Assembly (NCBI GenBank): GCA_030141605.1
Contig: JAQGDQ010000419.1
Location: 1 to 64,000 of the forward strand
Length of the DNA stretch: 64,000 nucleotides
Source of the DNA: Tubiluchus corallicola
Taxonomy: Eukaryota > Animalia > Priapulida
Direction: 5' to 3'
Shown here: positions 1-30,800 of the stretch, in pieces
How the letters are laid out: every line of letters starts with the position of its first letter
How positions within the stretch are numbered: position 1 is the stretch's first letter
Position numbers and translations under genes: made by a program
The notes under the pieces: model-generated
What the model was told of the DNA's origin: nothing
What the model saw: only the letters and a program-made list of their open reading frames with translations
The model's database searches: none

Positions 1-66
1 AATACCTTTGCGTGAACATTAGGTAAGCTGCACAAGTTTGAATTAGTTTAAGCAGGGCGCGCTTAC

Positions 67-2072
67 GAAAAGTCACAAAGTCTCACAGTTACGTCATGAC
101 TTTCAAGCGAATGGTGACAACCACCACGCCTGAGAATTTCTGTACAGAGGTAGTACATTTTAAGTTTATGCTTTATAGGCAGTTCTTTGCAAAATTCTTT
201 GTTATATTTTTCTAAGTTTAAGTGATAACAGTATAACTAAACCCAACATACTGAGTGACTTGTTCTTCCCTTTACAAAAAGCCTAAACAAATTTCATGAC
301 TAATGTGTACTAACACGAATCAGGTAGCTAACTGCTAACACGTGACATTTAAACAGCAAAATCTACGTGGATCACCTGGATCTACAATATCAACGTCTCC
401 ACAACTCCACTGTGTTGTGTTCTGCCACTCCTCAGCTTCGCGAAGGATTCTGATGAAGCATCCCAGGCACTCTTCATCTGGAAGCTGCACTGCCCAATGC
501 GTGATACTATGAAACAAAGAAATAAACGCAAATAAAAAATGTCATTTTGAAGAAAAATTACAGCATCAACTGTGCTTCATAATAAACACATTCTGGTCAA
601 ATCGTCAAAACATACGTTTTAATAAGAAAACATATATTAAAGCAAGTACACAGCTTTATAAAGAGTACTTTATTGCAAAAAAAAGAAACAGAGGCAGCCT
701 GCTCATACTGACTCATTTTGCTCGTTACACTACAGAAGTATCTAGTTTCTGTGGATCTTTTCAACTAAAGGCAAGCTTAGGTCGACCTTGCAAAGCAAAG
801 CAACTGAAAACTTGACAATTGGCTGCAACTGAGCGACATATGGTACACCACTAGTTCTGAGTACATCCATTTGACATAAGCAACCTTACGATGCAACTCA
901 ATGCACTGCAACTCAGTTCAAGTGAGTTGCTCATGTCCTAATCCAGGCATTGAACATCTGCCGGTTTAAACCTAAGCATTGTTCAACGATGGTTCTGGGA
1001 TGGTCTGGTCTCACGCTCTGGTCAGAATGTTCCTTCATTCACGTACACTCAGTCGTGGTCAAGCTGAGCAGTGTTGCATGTACCTTACTAGTTACTGGAA
1101 TTCAGGCGCAGTTGACCTGAGTGTATATGTCTGCGACTGTTTCCTGTCTCGCAGCTTAAGCTTGGCTTAAAATCTCAAAAACGTGTTTGTTTACCTGCCA
1201 TCGTTCCTTATTTAAAGATTACAGTTCAGTTTAATAACTAAATCAGATTCAAGGCAGCTGTTTAGACAAAAAGTAACGATGAGCAGACGCATTATTGATG
1301 TAAATATCACTCTGAAACGTCCATAATAACATCTAAATTTTCCATTATCTGTCTGGTAAAATAGGCCAGCCTACATAACAAATTTTAAATATGCCTATGC
1401 TCAGTACTTACGTATAGTCTGGTTCAACTAAACCAATGGGATTATAGGCAGCTAGCACTGTTACACGATCACTTGTTGAATTTCTCAGATCTATTGTAAA
1501 ACCTCCCTATAAACAGTAAAATAAACATAAACAGTTATTAGTGGCTGATATCGACAGTAGACCATAGTAGATAGGGAAAAGCAGTACAATTTTCTCATTT
1601 AAAAACCAATAACAAATAAAAACAGTCTTCTCGTCAATTTATTGTCAATATTTACGTTTAAAAAATTTGTAAAAAATATCTTGTCTTTTTTGCAATTAGA
1701 AACAATAAATTTAAATATTTAAAATGCTGTTTCTTCCTTCGTCATTACATGCCATTTAAGTCTGTCGTTACTGTAAATGGAATGGAATGTAATGGAATTT
1801 GAACACGTAGATAAAAATAGGCTCACGGCTTACAGAAAACTTAATGATATTAATTTAAATACAAAATTATCAAGGTCATTACACTGTGCTGTAACTTGCT
1901 GTAATATGAGAAGGAATACTAGGTCTAAAAACCTAGAATAAACCCAATGCTCAGAATTTTCAAATTTTTTATCAAAGTTTTATCAGTTTGGCATTTTTGA
2001 CTTACCCATCCAACTACCTGCTGAAGCTGCCAAATACTGCTTAACTTTCACGAAATCAGAAGGCCACACCAT
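67..2072 (-). CDS. Uncharacterised spliced protein-coding gene, partial (exons 2072-2006, 1490-1412, 506-376, 139-67; continues past the left edge; probable upstream exon(s) near 3918-4100)
   Basis: Four exons with AG/GT boundaries and matching phases join into one open frame: MVWPSDFVKVKQYLAASAGSWMDLRNSTSDRVTVLAAYNPIGLVEPDYTITHWAVQLPDEECLGCFIRILREAEEWQNTTQWSCGDVDIVDPEILRRGGCHHSLESHDVTVRLCDF. Family not recognised. Confidence 0.7.
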
Positions 2073-2639
2073 CTATAAGTAAAAATGAAGCTGTGGGATG
2101 AAAATGGCATATTTACCACATTAGGATATGCTAACTTCCATGAGATGTTGACTGTTGATCCTGCAACCAATGTCGTTTTAGGACTTCCCGGAATGCCTGT
2201 GAAAAAAGAAAACTTTTTTACTGTCATTGCTTATTGCTTTCTAAAAAAAGATTTTGGGGACTTGGTGTTCAATTTCTGTTCATTCATTTTCAGCTTCAAA
2301 ATACAAACACTTATTATTATTATTATTATTTATTAGGCACAAAAATCATTGTACATGAGTTAAAGTAAACAGTAAGATTAAATTAGCTAATGATCAATAC
2401 AAAGGTTATGCCTAGCACTATAAGCCATGGATGACAGCAAGGAACTAGTCACACAAACAGGTCACTGCCTGTCGTTCACTTCCTCCATTAGTGATCATGT
2501 TACACCCAATTTGGAGGCATACGGCTCAATTTTTATGGGCGTCTACCAATTCTATGGACACAATTTGTGCAAAGTACGTTAACTTCCGCATTTTGCGTGG
2601 TTTCATTATGCTGTTGTGTTGTTGAGGTTAGTGTCGCTT

Positions 2640-2960
2640 GGTTTCATCGTTGTCATTGTCATCATTATCATTATCGTGCATCATTATCATCCTCATCATC
2701 ATCGTACGTCATTATCATCTTCCTCATACATCATCATCATCATCAATACACGTGATGTGGTGGGTCAGGTGTCAATTTGTATGGTGTAGAGGGTGTGGTA
2801 AGTGTAGTGTGGTTGTTGTGATGGATGCGGTGTGGTGTAATGTGCTGAGAATAGTGTGTTATAGTGGATGTTGTGTATGGTGTGGAATGCTTGATGTAGT
2901 GTGAGTGAGATGGCAAAAGTGGTATGAGTTGTGTGGTTGCTGGGGATGTGGAGGCACAAT
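2640..2960. repeat. Low-complexity (CAT/TAT)n tract followed by a GT-rich (GTG/TGT) tract
   Basis: Visible simple-sequence composition; explains the His/Ser/Val/Cys-rich spurious ORFs here. Confidence 0.8.
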
Positions 2961-5627
2961 TTTTTTTCATGGTATATAGATCTTGCATTTATTTAAAATG
3001 TGTAGTGTAATAACACAACTGATTTGTATGCCTGCCAAGCAGGTCTGATTAGGTATTGAGAATAATGTAAATAATGTGTAATAACAACTCAAACATCAGC
3101 TAAATGAACATGTAACATAGCAGGGTGGTGATGGCGCATAGCATAAGCCTACTTAAGAAACTGAATATAACTAGTTTTTCCATTAAACTAATTCCCATAC
3201 ACAACTTAACCATACAAACAGGTCTTTAACTGCAAACTCGTAATTTTGTCAGCCAAATTCTTTCCTTACTTTTGCATGCCAGGGCGTTAAGGTGACTATG
3301 ACAACTACCAACAAGCCCATGGAAGGAAACTCTGCCGGCAGCAAGGTTCTTGGGATCGGTGAGTGGTTGAAGAGATGACCCATCCAATGGACTCAGCCGA
3401 GATGTGGACGTACCCAAGGGTGGGACCAGTTCACTGGGGGAGGTTGGGAATATCTCCAATAATTCATTGTGAGAATGAGTGAATGACACACACTACTGCA
3501 GACAGCGAACAAACAGCAGACAAACAGCGAAACAGCATTTTTTGAATCATGAATGAAATTCAATAGCGTAATTCTTAAATGGCATGCTCTCTTGACGATA
3601 TTACCAATAAAAGTTCTTTGCTGAGCACAATTTCATTTTCGCTTGTTGGCTATTTCCCACAAGAGAAGCATGATAGTCTAGACGCAGTCAGTGTGTGGGG
3701 GCGCATAACATGTATGAATCACAACTTGAGTGCCACTCAGTCACCTGGGACTGGATAGCCTAGACAGACCCGCAGGAATTACATGTTTTGATCTTGATAA
3801 TTCTTATAAACTACGATCAAGTTTGCACGTCACAAAGCTAAGTTAATATAGGAAATTAACGAATAATTAATATAAAATTTATATCAAACAGCTGTCAGTC
3901 ACAACACAGAAAATTATACCTTTAGGCATTCCACAGGGAGCGACTGTTCTTTGATTATCCAAAAAGTCCAAAGCATACTTTCTAGCAGGCGGAAAAATTA
4001 ATTGAACATGACAGTCTATCAGTAATACACTATAAAAAACTATATACAACAAACATCCAAAAACAAGCGTTGTGTCCGCTTTCATAACTCCAAGGCATGC
4101 TCGAATCTGTTGATAACCCTCTGAGCATTATCCTACATCCATTAAATAAGTTTTAGCACCACATGTACTATTTTACTTAAATATTTAAAGTATTAACTAA
4201 ACAAGCAGCGTGTTTCCGAGTCTGAATGAGCGCGTACTCCAGTCTGACCTGCTGTACCTAGAATTCCTCAGACGATCGTTGATTGGCTGAATAGGGGAAC
4301 GCCAAGTGGTAAAACTCGACTCCACCCAAAATCACTTGAATACAAACACGGAATTACGCGTTAAATTTCTGACTGACTGCTTTGCGTAATGTTAGTTGAA
4401 GCTATGCCCAATACACGTATTTAACAGCACAGCTCCAGGCTCAGTTTAAAGGCACATTACCTGAAATATTTTCTCTTTCTCATTAACAGGTGGCAATAAC
4501 ACTTTTTTCACAAAGATATTGAGGCACTTAATTGTTTTGTGAATTTTTGGTTTTGAAATTTTAACACTGTATGCAGCTAACTACAAAAAAGTAACAATAG
4601 AAAGTACTACTGAAGCAACCGTTTTCAATTATAAGTAAATTGCATGTGAAAATTAAAATTTGTAAAGTAATTTATTTTAGTACTTATATTACATTACTGT
4701 ATTATTTTATACTTACACAATTACTTTATACATATTTTTTTTACATTAAATTTATATAACCAGATGTGACCGCTGATCAGCAGCTGTCCTATGTTACTTA
4801 GACTTTGCCTACATTAAAACATCTTCAAAAAATAGTGATAAATTTTTATTATTTTTAGTAGCTTATTAAAAGCACTGACTTCCTTTTTCTGTAACGTTTC
4901 AGGCCTTTAGATATTTTTTTGTGATAATGTTTCTATAAACACTGTTTTCAAGTGGTCTTATTTTGGCTTGATACTGGTTACAAATTGAAACGATCGTCGC
5001 TAATAAATCACGTTAATATAATTTTTAATGTTGGTTTAAAGTTCATTTATTATTTTTCTCCTCCTTTAACATGGGCACACTAGTTAGATTACTATGTTTT
5101 AATTTTAACAGTAAGAAATTAGTCAGAGCTTTCAGATTTAGCGAACCGACTACCGACTGACTGTATGACTGGCTGCGATTTTTAAAACTATTTGGAGTGG
5201 TGCAAAGAAACTTTACGAGTCTGAAAATAAAATCTGACTGAAATAGCTCGATTAGTTGCAATTTCTATCAGTAGACGGCGCAAGTATGTTTCAGGTTTAA
5301 ATAGCGCTTGTTTTGTTTGCGATTTCATGTTTAAAGTTTATAAACTTTATTTTATAGTAAATTTCTGTTTGTACACGATGAAGACATTTAAGTGTAGCTT
5401 TGAGTGCTTACATATTGAAGCTCTCCGGAGTTTGATTTTAATTTAGAAGCTTGTATGCGGTGATTAAAACACCACGAAAGTAGGCCTACACATACTACCG
5501 TCCTGACTATACCGTAACTTGTCATTTGTTAATAGCCTACACAACAATCTATTGCGTGGCCAGTCGAATTAGCTGAATTTTATTCTTAAACTTGTATTGA
5601 TGTCATTTTTATAGGCTTAATATAATT

Positions 5628-23570
<17,943 letters not shown>

Positions 23571-24873
23571 CAAAATCAGCTGGTTTTGTGGTACATCTGT
23601 AAGTCATTGTGCTCCATGCAAGCTGTCTGTAACTTTTTAAGATGGCGCTGAAAGAGTAAGTTCAGTTTGCTCTGAGTGTTCATTTCTGTGAACAGGACTT
23701 GTGATATGCTCTTATAACCAAAGCAGTTTGTGGTCTTTCAGGTTGTGAAAGTTACAAATTTAGTGAAAGTATGAAACAAGTAAAATTAAAAGTTGCTTAA
23801 ACATTACAACTAGGAAAGCTTGATTACCTTATTTCTGCATAAATTTGGAAAATTAATATAATCAAGTTTAAAGTACTAATGCAATTTTTATATAAAATTT
23901 ATTATGGGTATAACTAATATTACAGTATAAGCATAACATTTCATAAACTAATTTAATAAAGACTTTTCTATAATATTAAAAGTAGTATTAAAAATGAATA
24001 TGTTTCGTATTCCAACAAACTGCACCATTATTGCACTCTATTAATATTATGTAGATGTAACGACTATATTCTATTTTACAGATAATATATATAATATTAT
24101 CAAGTTTTTTCATAAATAGGTTCAACAGTATGAATTCTACAGTCTTATTGTACAACTTGTACAACATCTAGCTATACCACTATGAAACATCTTGATATAA
24201 CTAAAAACAACATTTATTCACAGAGCACCACATAGATAGAGTGTGATAGTATGCATTTAGTACTTGTTTAGTTAACATGTTTATTCAAGTCTTATACAGA
24301 GTTTACATGGGTTTGCATGTGATTAGTCAGCAATTAACGTTAACAAAAGTGGCATCGGTCTAGCAGTTAGCCAGTACTTGGCGAGAAATTGCTGAGCTAT
24401 TGAGCAATGATCATGCTCACTGATGTTGGTTAATGCAGAATGTTTTGTGATTCTAATCACTTCCCGTTTCCTGAATTTTTCTGTTTCTCTAACGCAACCA
24501 GATGTAAACCCGTTGAACTCTTCCTTAGAGGAAGTTAGATCAGAAAATTGCAATGCCAGATTTGTCAATCAGGTGTTACATTTTTCCGCACAAAAAAGAA
24601 CAATACGGCTTGTATAGCAATTACCCCACACTCTAACAAGCACTGCATATTAAAGTACAAATAAAGTTATATTTGAAAGACAAATTAAACACACTTGTGT
24701 AAATTACTGTTTTATAACTTTTACACCCTCCAACAAAAATGGCCCATATCACACGTCCTGTTATAAAAAGGCTAAAATAATAACTAATTATCTTATTAAA
24801 ATAATTATATATATTTAAATTTATATTAAATAAGTATATTTAAATAATTATCACGTATTTTAATGCGAGGTGA

Positions 24874-27800
24874 TCAAGTCTTCACATTATTCTTGTGCAA
24901 ATATGCGTGACAAACACAGAATTTCATTAACGATGGAAAGTCTTTTTCTATACACTTTGGCTGATTTCCATACTGATCTGGTCTGCTTACTTCTGCTGTC
25001 ACCTTAAAGCTGAAAGACAAATAGAGGTGATTTAAAACACACTTACATAAAGTCTTGAAATTTTATACCACTTACATACTGCCTTTTTGCATATCAGACT
25101 TGCGTTGGCAATAACGCAGCATAAAACATGTAAATTTAAACTCACGCGATGACCGTTAGACGCAACCATTTTAACGTAAGTCATTTGAAACAAGTTTAGA
25201 TAATATCGTGTAAAGTTTGAAAAAATAATCAGAGCATTTGTAGCACACATGTTACTAACTAAGTAAAGTTTTAGATTATTGTATCTTGTCAATAAGATTA
25301 AAAATACGTTTTTGGTTAGTGGGTGGCGCACCCTGGAAGGTGAATCAGCGACATTTTTACCAATTAGTGAAAACATTTTAAATAACTAATAATAGTCTTT
25401 TCTAGTTACATAAGTCTTTCAAGCAGGTAAGCGAAATGTTAAGTAATATAAATATAAGTAACTTTGCATGGAAAGTTCTTTGGGACATAATTTAACATCT
25501 CCTTTTCTTTCCCTGTTTTACGTTGTGCGTATATGACGTCATGTAATGGCGCAGTCAGAACAGTATCGCGGAAGTTTAAAATGAAAACGAACAAAAAATC
25601 CGTTCAACGTGAATACGATATGTGCATAAAATTGCTATAAAGTAGTACAATTTTTAAGGCACTTTTTCTGAAACCTACTTCAGGTACCACTTTACTTGTC
25701 CTTTAAGGCCTATAATTCCTTGACAGCTTGTATTTTCATTGTCATTAAAGATAAATTCGTGGAAATAATTGATGCTGCACGAACATACAAGAGGATGGGT
25801 TACCTGCGTGAATGCTTGTAGTATTTCACTGTGGCTTCATATAATCCATCGACGGGATCAGTCTGAATAAAGACCTGAAAAATAGAAAATAATTTTCCTC
25901 TAAAATTATACTCTTCATTCTATAGTAATACAATGGATGCTGCGAACAGTGAATGGAATGTCAAATCCCACTGCTGTAATCTCTTGAAGGTGCTTAGTAC
26001 AGACGTTCTGACTGGTAAAACTTTCCAAACAACAATTTTTCAACGTTCTGAATACAGTGTACATTAAATTACAGTCTCAATGCATTATTTTATCGTGTAT
26101 ATTACTTGTAAGAAGATGTTTTGTAATTGCCTGCAAGTTCACTCCTCAGTTTCTTGAATGTTGCTCGTAAACTGATGTGTGAGTTGGTTGTTTCAATTTC
26201 TTAACGTTGCTTAATAAATATCACGGTGAAATTGCCTGCAAAATTCTAAAACTGTAAAATTGCCTGCCTTCAGTTTTCTGAGTGGTACGTAAAATAAAGC
26301 TCTGGCAAATTTATGAAGACTTCCACTGGTCTCTAAACATTGGTTGAATAATGACTAAAAAAGTCTGGAAAAAATGTCTGCAACTCCATATCTTCAAATT
26401 CCTAAATGTTACGAATTACTGAATGTTGTGATATTACTTACAATATTGCTTCAACTCAATAACACAAGTTGCAGTAAACTTACTTGCAGTTCAACTGCAT
26501 CAATGTTTTGAATGCTGCGTGAAAAGTTGGGTTTCCTCTGATCTTCATCTGCACTCTTGGCATATTTCAACACCTACAAAACAGATATTTAATTCAGGCG
26601 AACGAACCAATGCTAATTAAAGTGAACTGGTACACACTCTGAAGACGCTACCTCCATTATGTTAACGAGTATAAATTGATGACGACATCTCATTTATAAA
26701 TTTGCATCCAAGAGAAATTATAGTCCAGTGGCTAAAATTAGTGGGTGTGCTGCAAAATTAAAAAAAATTTAGCCATTGTTTTAATACTGTGTAAAATGAA
26801 ACAAATATATGTAATTATAATGTCGTAATTGTAATTTTAAACAAACAAACTAATTTAAACATAACCTTGATAAACTCCTAATCAAAAATATTGTTTTCCT
26901 ACGAATAGCCTAAATTGTCACAGTTCAAGAATATACCGATACACGGCTTTTAAGCACGTGACAACTGACAACACGTACTGCAGTGAGCGACAGTACCTTT
27001 TCTGCCTAAAATAAAGCGTCTTATCTCAGACATATGCGCATGGCCACATGCGCATAGCAGCCAACCAAAGCATTGCTTGGGCTGTGAAGCAAATTAATTC
27101 TTCCCTCACGTGCCTGGTTCCGCACAAGTATGAAGAAAGAACTAAAGAAAAAATTTATTATATTGAATATTATCGATAATGAGTGAAAACGGGGTGCTGC
27201 AGTACCACAGCACCTATACACTAGCCACCACTGAGTTACAAGTACATTTAAATGCTTACCTTTTCATTCGGTATCACAAGTTTCACATCTCTCACCTTCT
27301 TCAGACTGAGACGTATGCATTTATTACGGTGCTTTACCGTTTTAGCGTTTACATGCCGAACAATGGCTTTTGCTGCTTCCTGTGCAAGTTCACTATCCGT
27401 GTCTATGTTATATTGCTCTAAACAAGTGCACCAATGAGTTTCAATACCGGCATCAGCACAAGTACGGTCGTACGGAATTCTTCTAAACCAACTTATTCCA
27501 CGTGATGGTATCACATCTTTGTTTAAACTGTCTAACATTTGTGTTACATTTAGCAAAGATTTCAGTGTTTCGTACACATCGAAAGGAGAGGTGAGATGTT
27601 CCGTATTTTCGTATATATTTTGCATCAGTTCACTGTGATGCTTTTGCCAACGTACTGGTGGTATTATGTAAGCCAATGGAAGTCGTTCCTCCAACTTACT
27701 CTGCAGCCTGATATTTCGCATGTATTCATGTGAATATCGCAATCCGTGATCACCCATTAGAAACATGACAGTGTTTTTCGAATGTTCTTCAGATTTCATT

Positions 27801-30800
27801 TTGCGTAAGAATTTGGCGAGATCTTGATCGAGAAGTTCTGCAGCATTGATGTTATTGTGAGTCAACTCCGACTGAAAGACAAAACAAAACTTTGGCACCT
27901 TGGGATATTTGCGAAAAAAATCAGTTGCATAGTCTATTGTATACTTATGTTTGAATTTGGACCCCAAACAAAATTCTTCATTCAAGTTGGAAATCTTAGC
28001 CGCTTGCCAAAATGGTCGCATGTAATGATCAGCTGGAGGTTCATCAAAACCATTCAGCCTTAGATTGAAAGTGCTTAGGTTTGGATCGTCTTCGGCAAAC
28101 ATTGTCACAAAACCTTTCTTTTTGAAATCATAGAATAACAAGGGATAACTGTCGACGTAATCCGAATCGTTCACATCATTCCCCCTTCTAACTTCCGGCA
28201 GTTCTTCTGCTGTTTTTCCTAAAACAAACGGAAATTGTTGTTTAGTTTTGGACCCGTTTAATACCTTTATGACTGCAACTTTTTTGTGGAATTCACAAAA
28301 ACATGTCTGAAACATTTTGTGGAACTGGAAGTCACAAGAAACCCATGAAACAGTGAAATACTCGTCAAAGAACTGTACAAGAAGTGCATTCAAAAACCTT
28401 GACAGTATCAAAGGCTATGCACAGCAAAATGAATAATGTATTTATAAATTAAATATACAAAATAATGCAAATACAAAAACTCACCAGTCAGCATGGCTGT
28501 GAGTTGAGGAGCTGTACCATCTCCCACTATATTGTACCCGTTCATACTTATTCCGCCAATATTTAACAGCACTTGTACAGTTTTTGGCATCTTGCGCTTA
28601 AAGGCCATGGCAGACATGGATTCGATAATAAATACAAGCACGTTTACAACATTGGGATCACGCTTGGTCTTTCTTGCCTCCTTAAGTATTTCTTGTTTGG
28701 GATGAACTTGAACAACAAGTTGTTGAAAATGCCTTCTCTCTGTGATTCCCTCAGCACTCTTCTGATCACTGTCTTCCAGTTCTGGTTGCATTTCACGAAC
28801 TTTTGGCGTAGAGGTGTTTTTATCCTTCTGCGTTGAATTAACGACATCGAAAACTTTTTGCCTAGTTTTCGAATAGCCACGTTGCTTTTTCCTGTCTTTA
28901 AAGTCATGGTCCAGGGTTACCTGCCGATGTAACAACGTTGTTTTACTTGCATTATTCTGAGAATTGGCAGTAACGGCCTCAAATTTCATATTAGCGACAA
29001 GGCTAGGAACTTTTGTCGTAGAGGTCTTTTTATCCTTCTGCGTTGAATTAACGACATCGAAATAATTTTTCGGAGTTTTCGGATAGCCATGTTCACTTTT
29101 CCTGGCTTTAATGTCATGGTCCAGGGTTACCTGCCGATGTAACAATTTTGTTTTACTTGCATTATTCGGATAATTGGCAGTAACAGCCTTAAATTTCATA
29201 TTAGCGATAAGGCTACGAACTTTTGTCTCAGAGGTGTTTTTATTGCTCTGCGTTGAATTAACGACATCGAAATTTTTTTTCGTAGTTTTTGAATAGCCAT
29301 TTTGCTTTTTCCTGTCTTTAAAGTCATGGTCCAGGGTCACCTGCCGATGTAACAATTTTGTTTCTCTTGCATAATCTGAAGAATTGGCAGTGACAAGGCG
29401 AAAATGTTTAGTTCTGTTTCGAATGGCTTTTTCTTTGTGATACTCGGATGTAGACGGCACTTGTTTCCGAACTGTACCCTTTGACTGACTTTTTGTCTTC
29501 TGCTGTGGTTGCTTTGTTGTTTCACTTTTATTCTGATGGAAATATGGTTTGCTGCTCCTCAACGGTGTTTGTTTTACACTGGATTTTGTAGGTCGTTTGC
29601 TCAAAGTGACTTCTTTCTTAAGGCTTTTCTTATTATTGTCTTCATTAAGTTGATTTTTAACTTGAGCCTTGTTAGTGCTGTATTTTACACCACACACGGT
29701 TTCATTTTTATTGTTGTTTGCACATGTTTTTGCATCACTCTCATTATAGCTTGATAACGACTTCAATTTACGTATTCGCAGTCCGTCAAACTCAGATTCA
29801 GTGCTTTTCAATAAGCTGCACTCTACTCTGAAAAAATCGTGTTTTACTCTAAAAACAAATGGTTTCTCTGTCACATTAATGTCCACTGGTTTCTCGTATA
29901 GATAGTGGTCATCATCGACACGAATTATCGACCTATATCTACAACTCTGTATGTTCCTGCCCTCAAGTAGATCTGCATTTAGCCGTAACCTGCGCAAGTT
30001 ACTGCCTTTAAACTGCACCAGTGATTTACCGATACATATTTCTCGTTCCAAAGGGTAGAAAAGAGCTCTGATTTCTTCATTGTATAAATCAAGTTTTGGA
30101 CGTCTGCAAGGAGCTCCTTGTCTCACAACTTTTTCCTGCATGTGTTGCAAGATGTTCGTAATGTAGGCATCACGATTACTAAAAACAGAATTACGTAATT
30201 ACATCTACAAATTAAAGAAAGTGAGCTTGCATGATAAAGGCGTACATTTCAGGAAAAGCTGCAGGCACTGTAAAATTATGAGTTACATAGTTACCCTTCA
30301 GTCTGCTGACTCATACAACTGAATCAACTTATACGTTTTGTGTCCTGGTTGGTGTTTACACAAGAATTTAAAAATCGGATTTAAATTTAAAACCAGATGG
30401 TTTGGTCTAGTGGTAGCGCAACCACTTTCCGTCTGGAAGGTCGTGAGGTCGATACTGTGATCGTGTCTTACTAAAGAGTTTAAAAATGGTACCAGCTGTT
30501 GCCCTGTCTGGCGCGTGGTATTTAGGGTAAAAGTGGGGTAATAATAATCTTTGTCATTTAGGTGTAGATTTTATTTACAGTTGGTCCAAAAGCTCATTGG
30601 AGCTTAAGTTAACTGTTCACCCTAAAAACTGACTTTAGATAAAGATTATTATTATTATATTATGATTGCAGTAAATGATATATTTTCAAAACACGTTGTC
30701 AACCTCACTGAAGTTATTCACGTACAACTCAGTTACTCTGAGTGCAAAATCTCAGAAAATCAAGGATATAAAACAATTACAACACTATGCATAGTTAGTT

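Noticed and set aside
3226-3495. 87-aa minus-strand ORF as an exon of the left-hand gene, or a selenocysteine read-through
   Set aside because: Its phases do not join the neighbouring exons. The apparent in-frame TGA problems disappear when the 1490 acceptor is used, and I saw no SECIS evidence.
28219-28484. Apparent frameshift or overlap between the 580-aa and 387-aa minus-strand ORFs
   Set aside because: Explained by an ordinary 266-bp GT-AG intron (ACTG|gtgagt … ttttag|GAAAA), giving LTGKTAEE.
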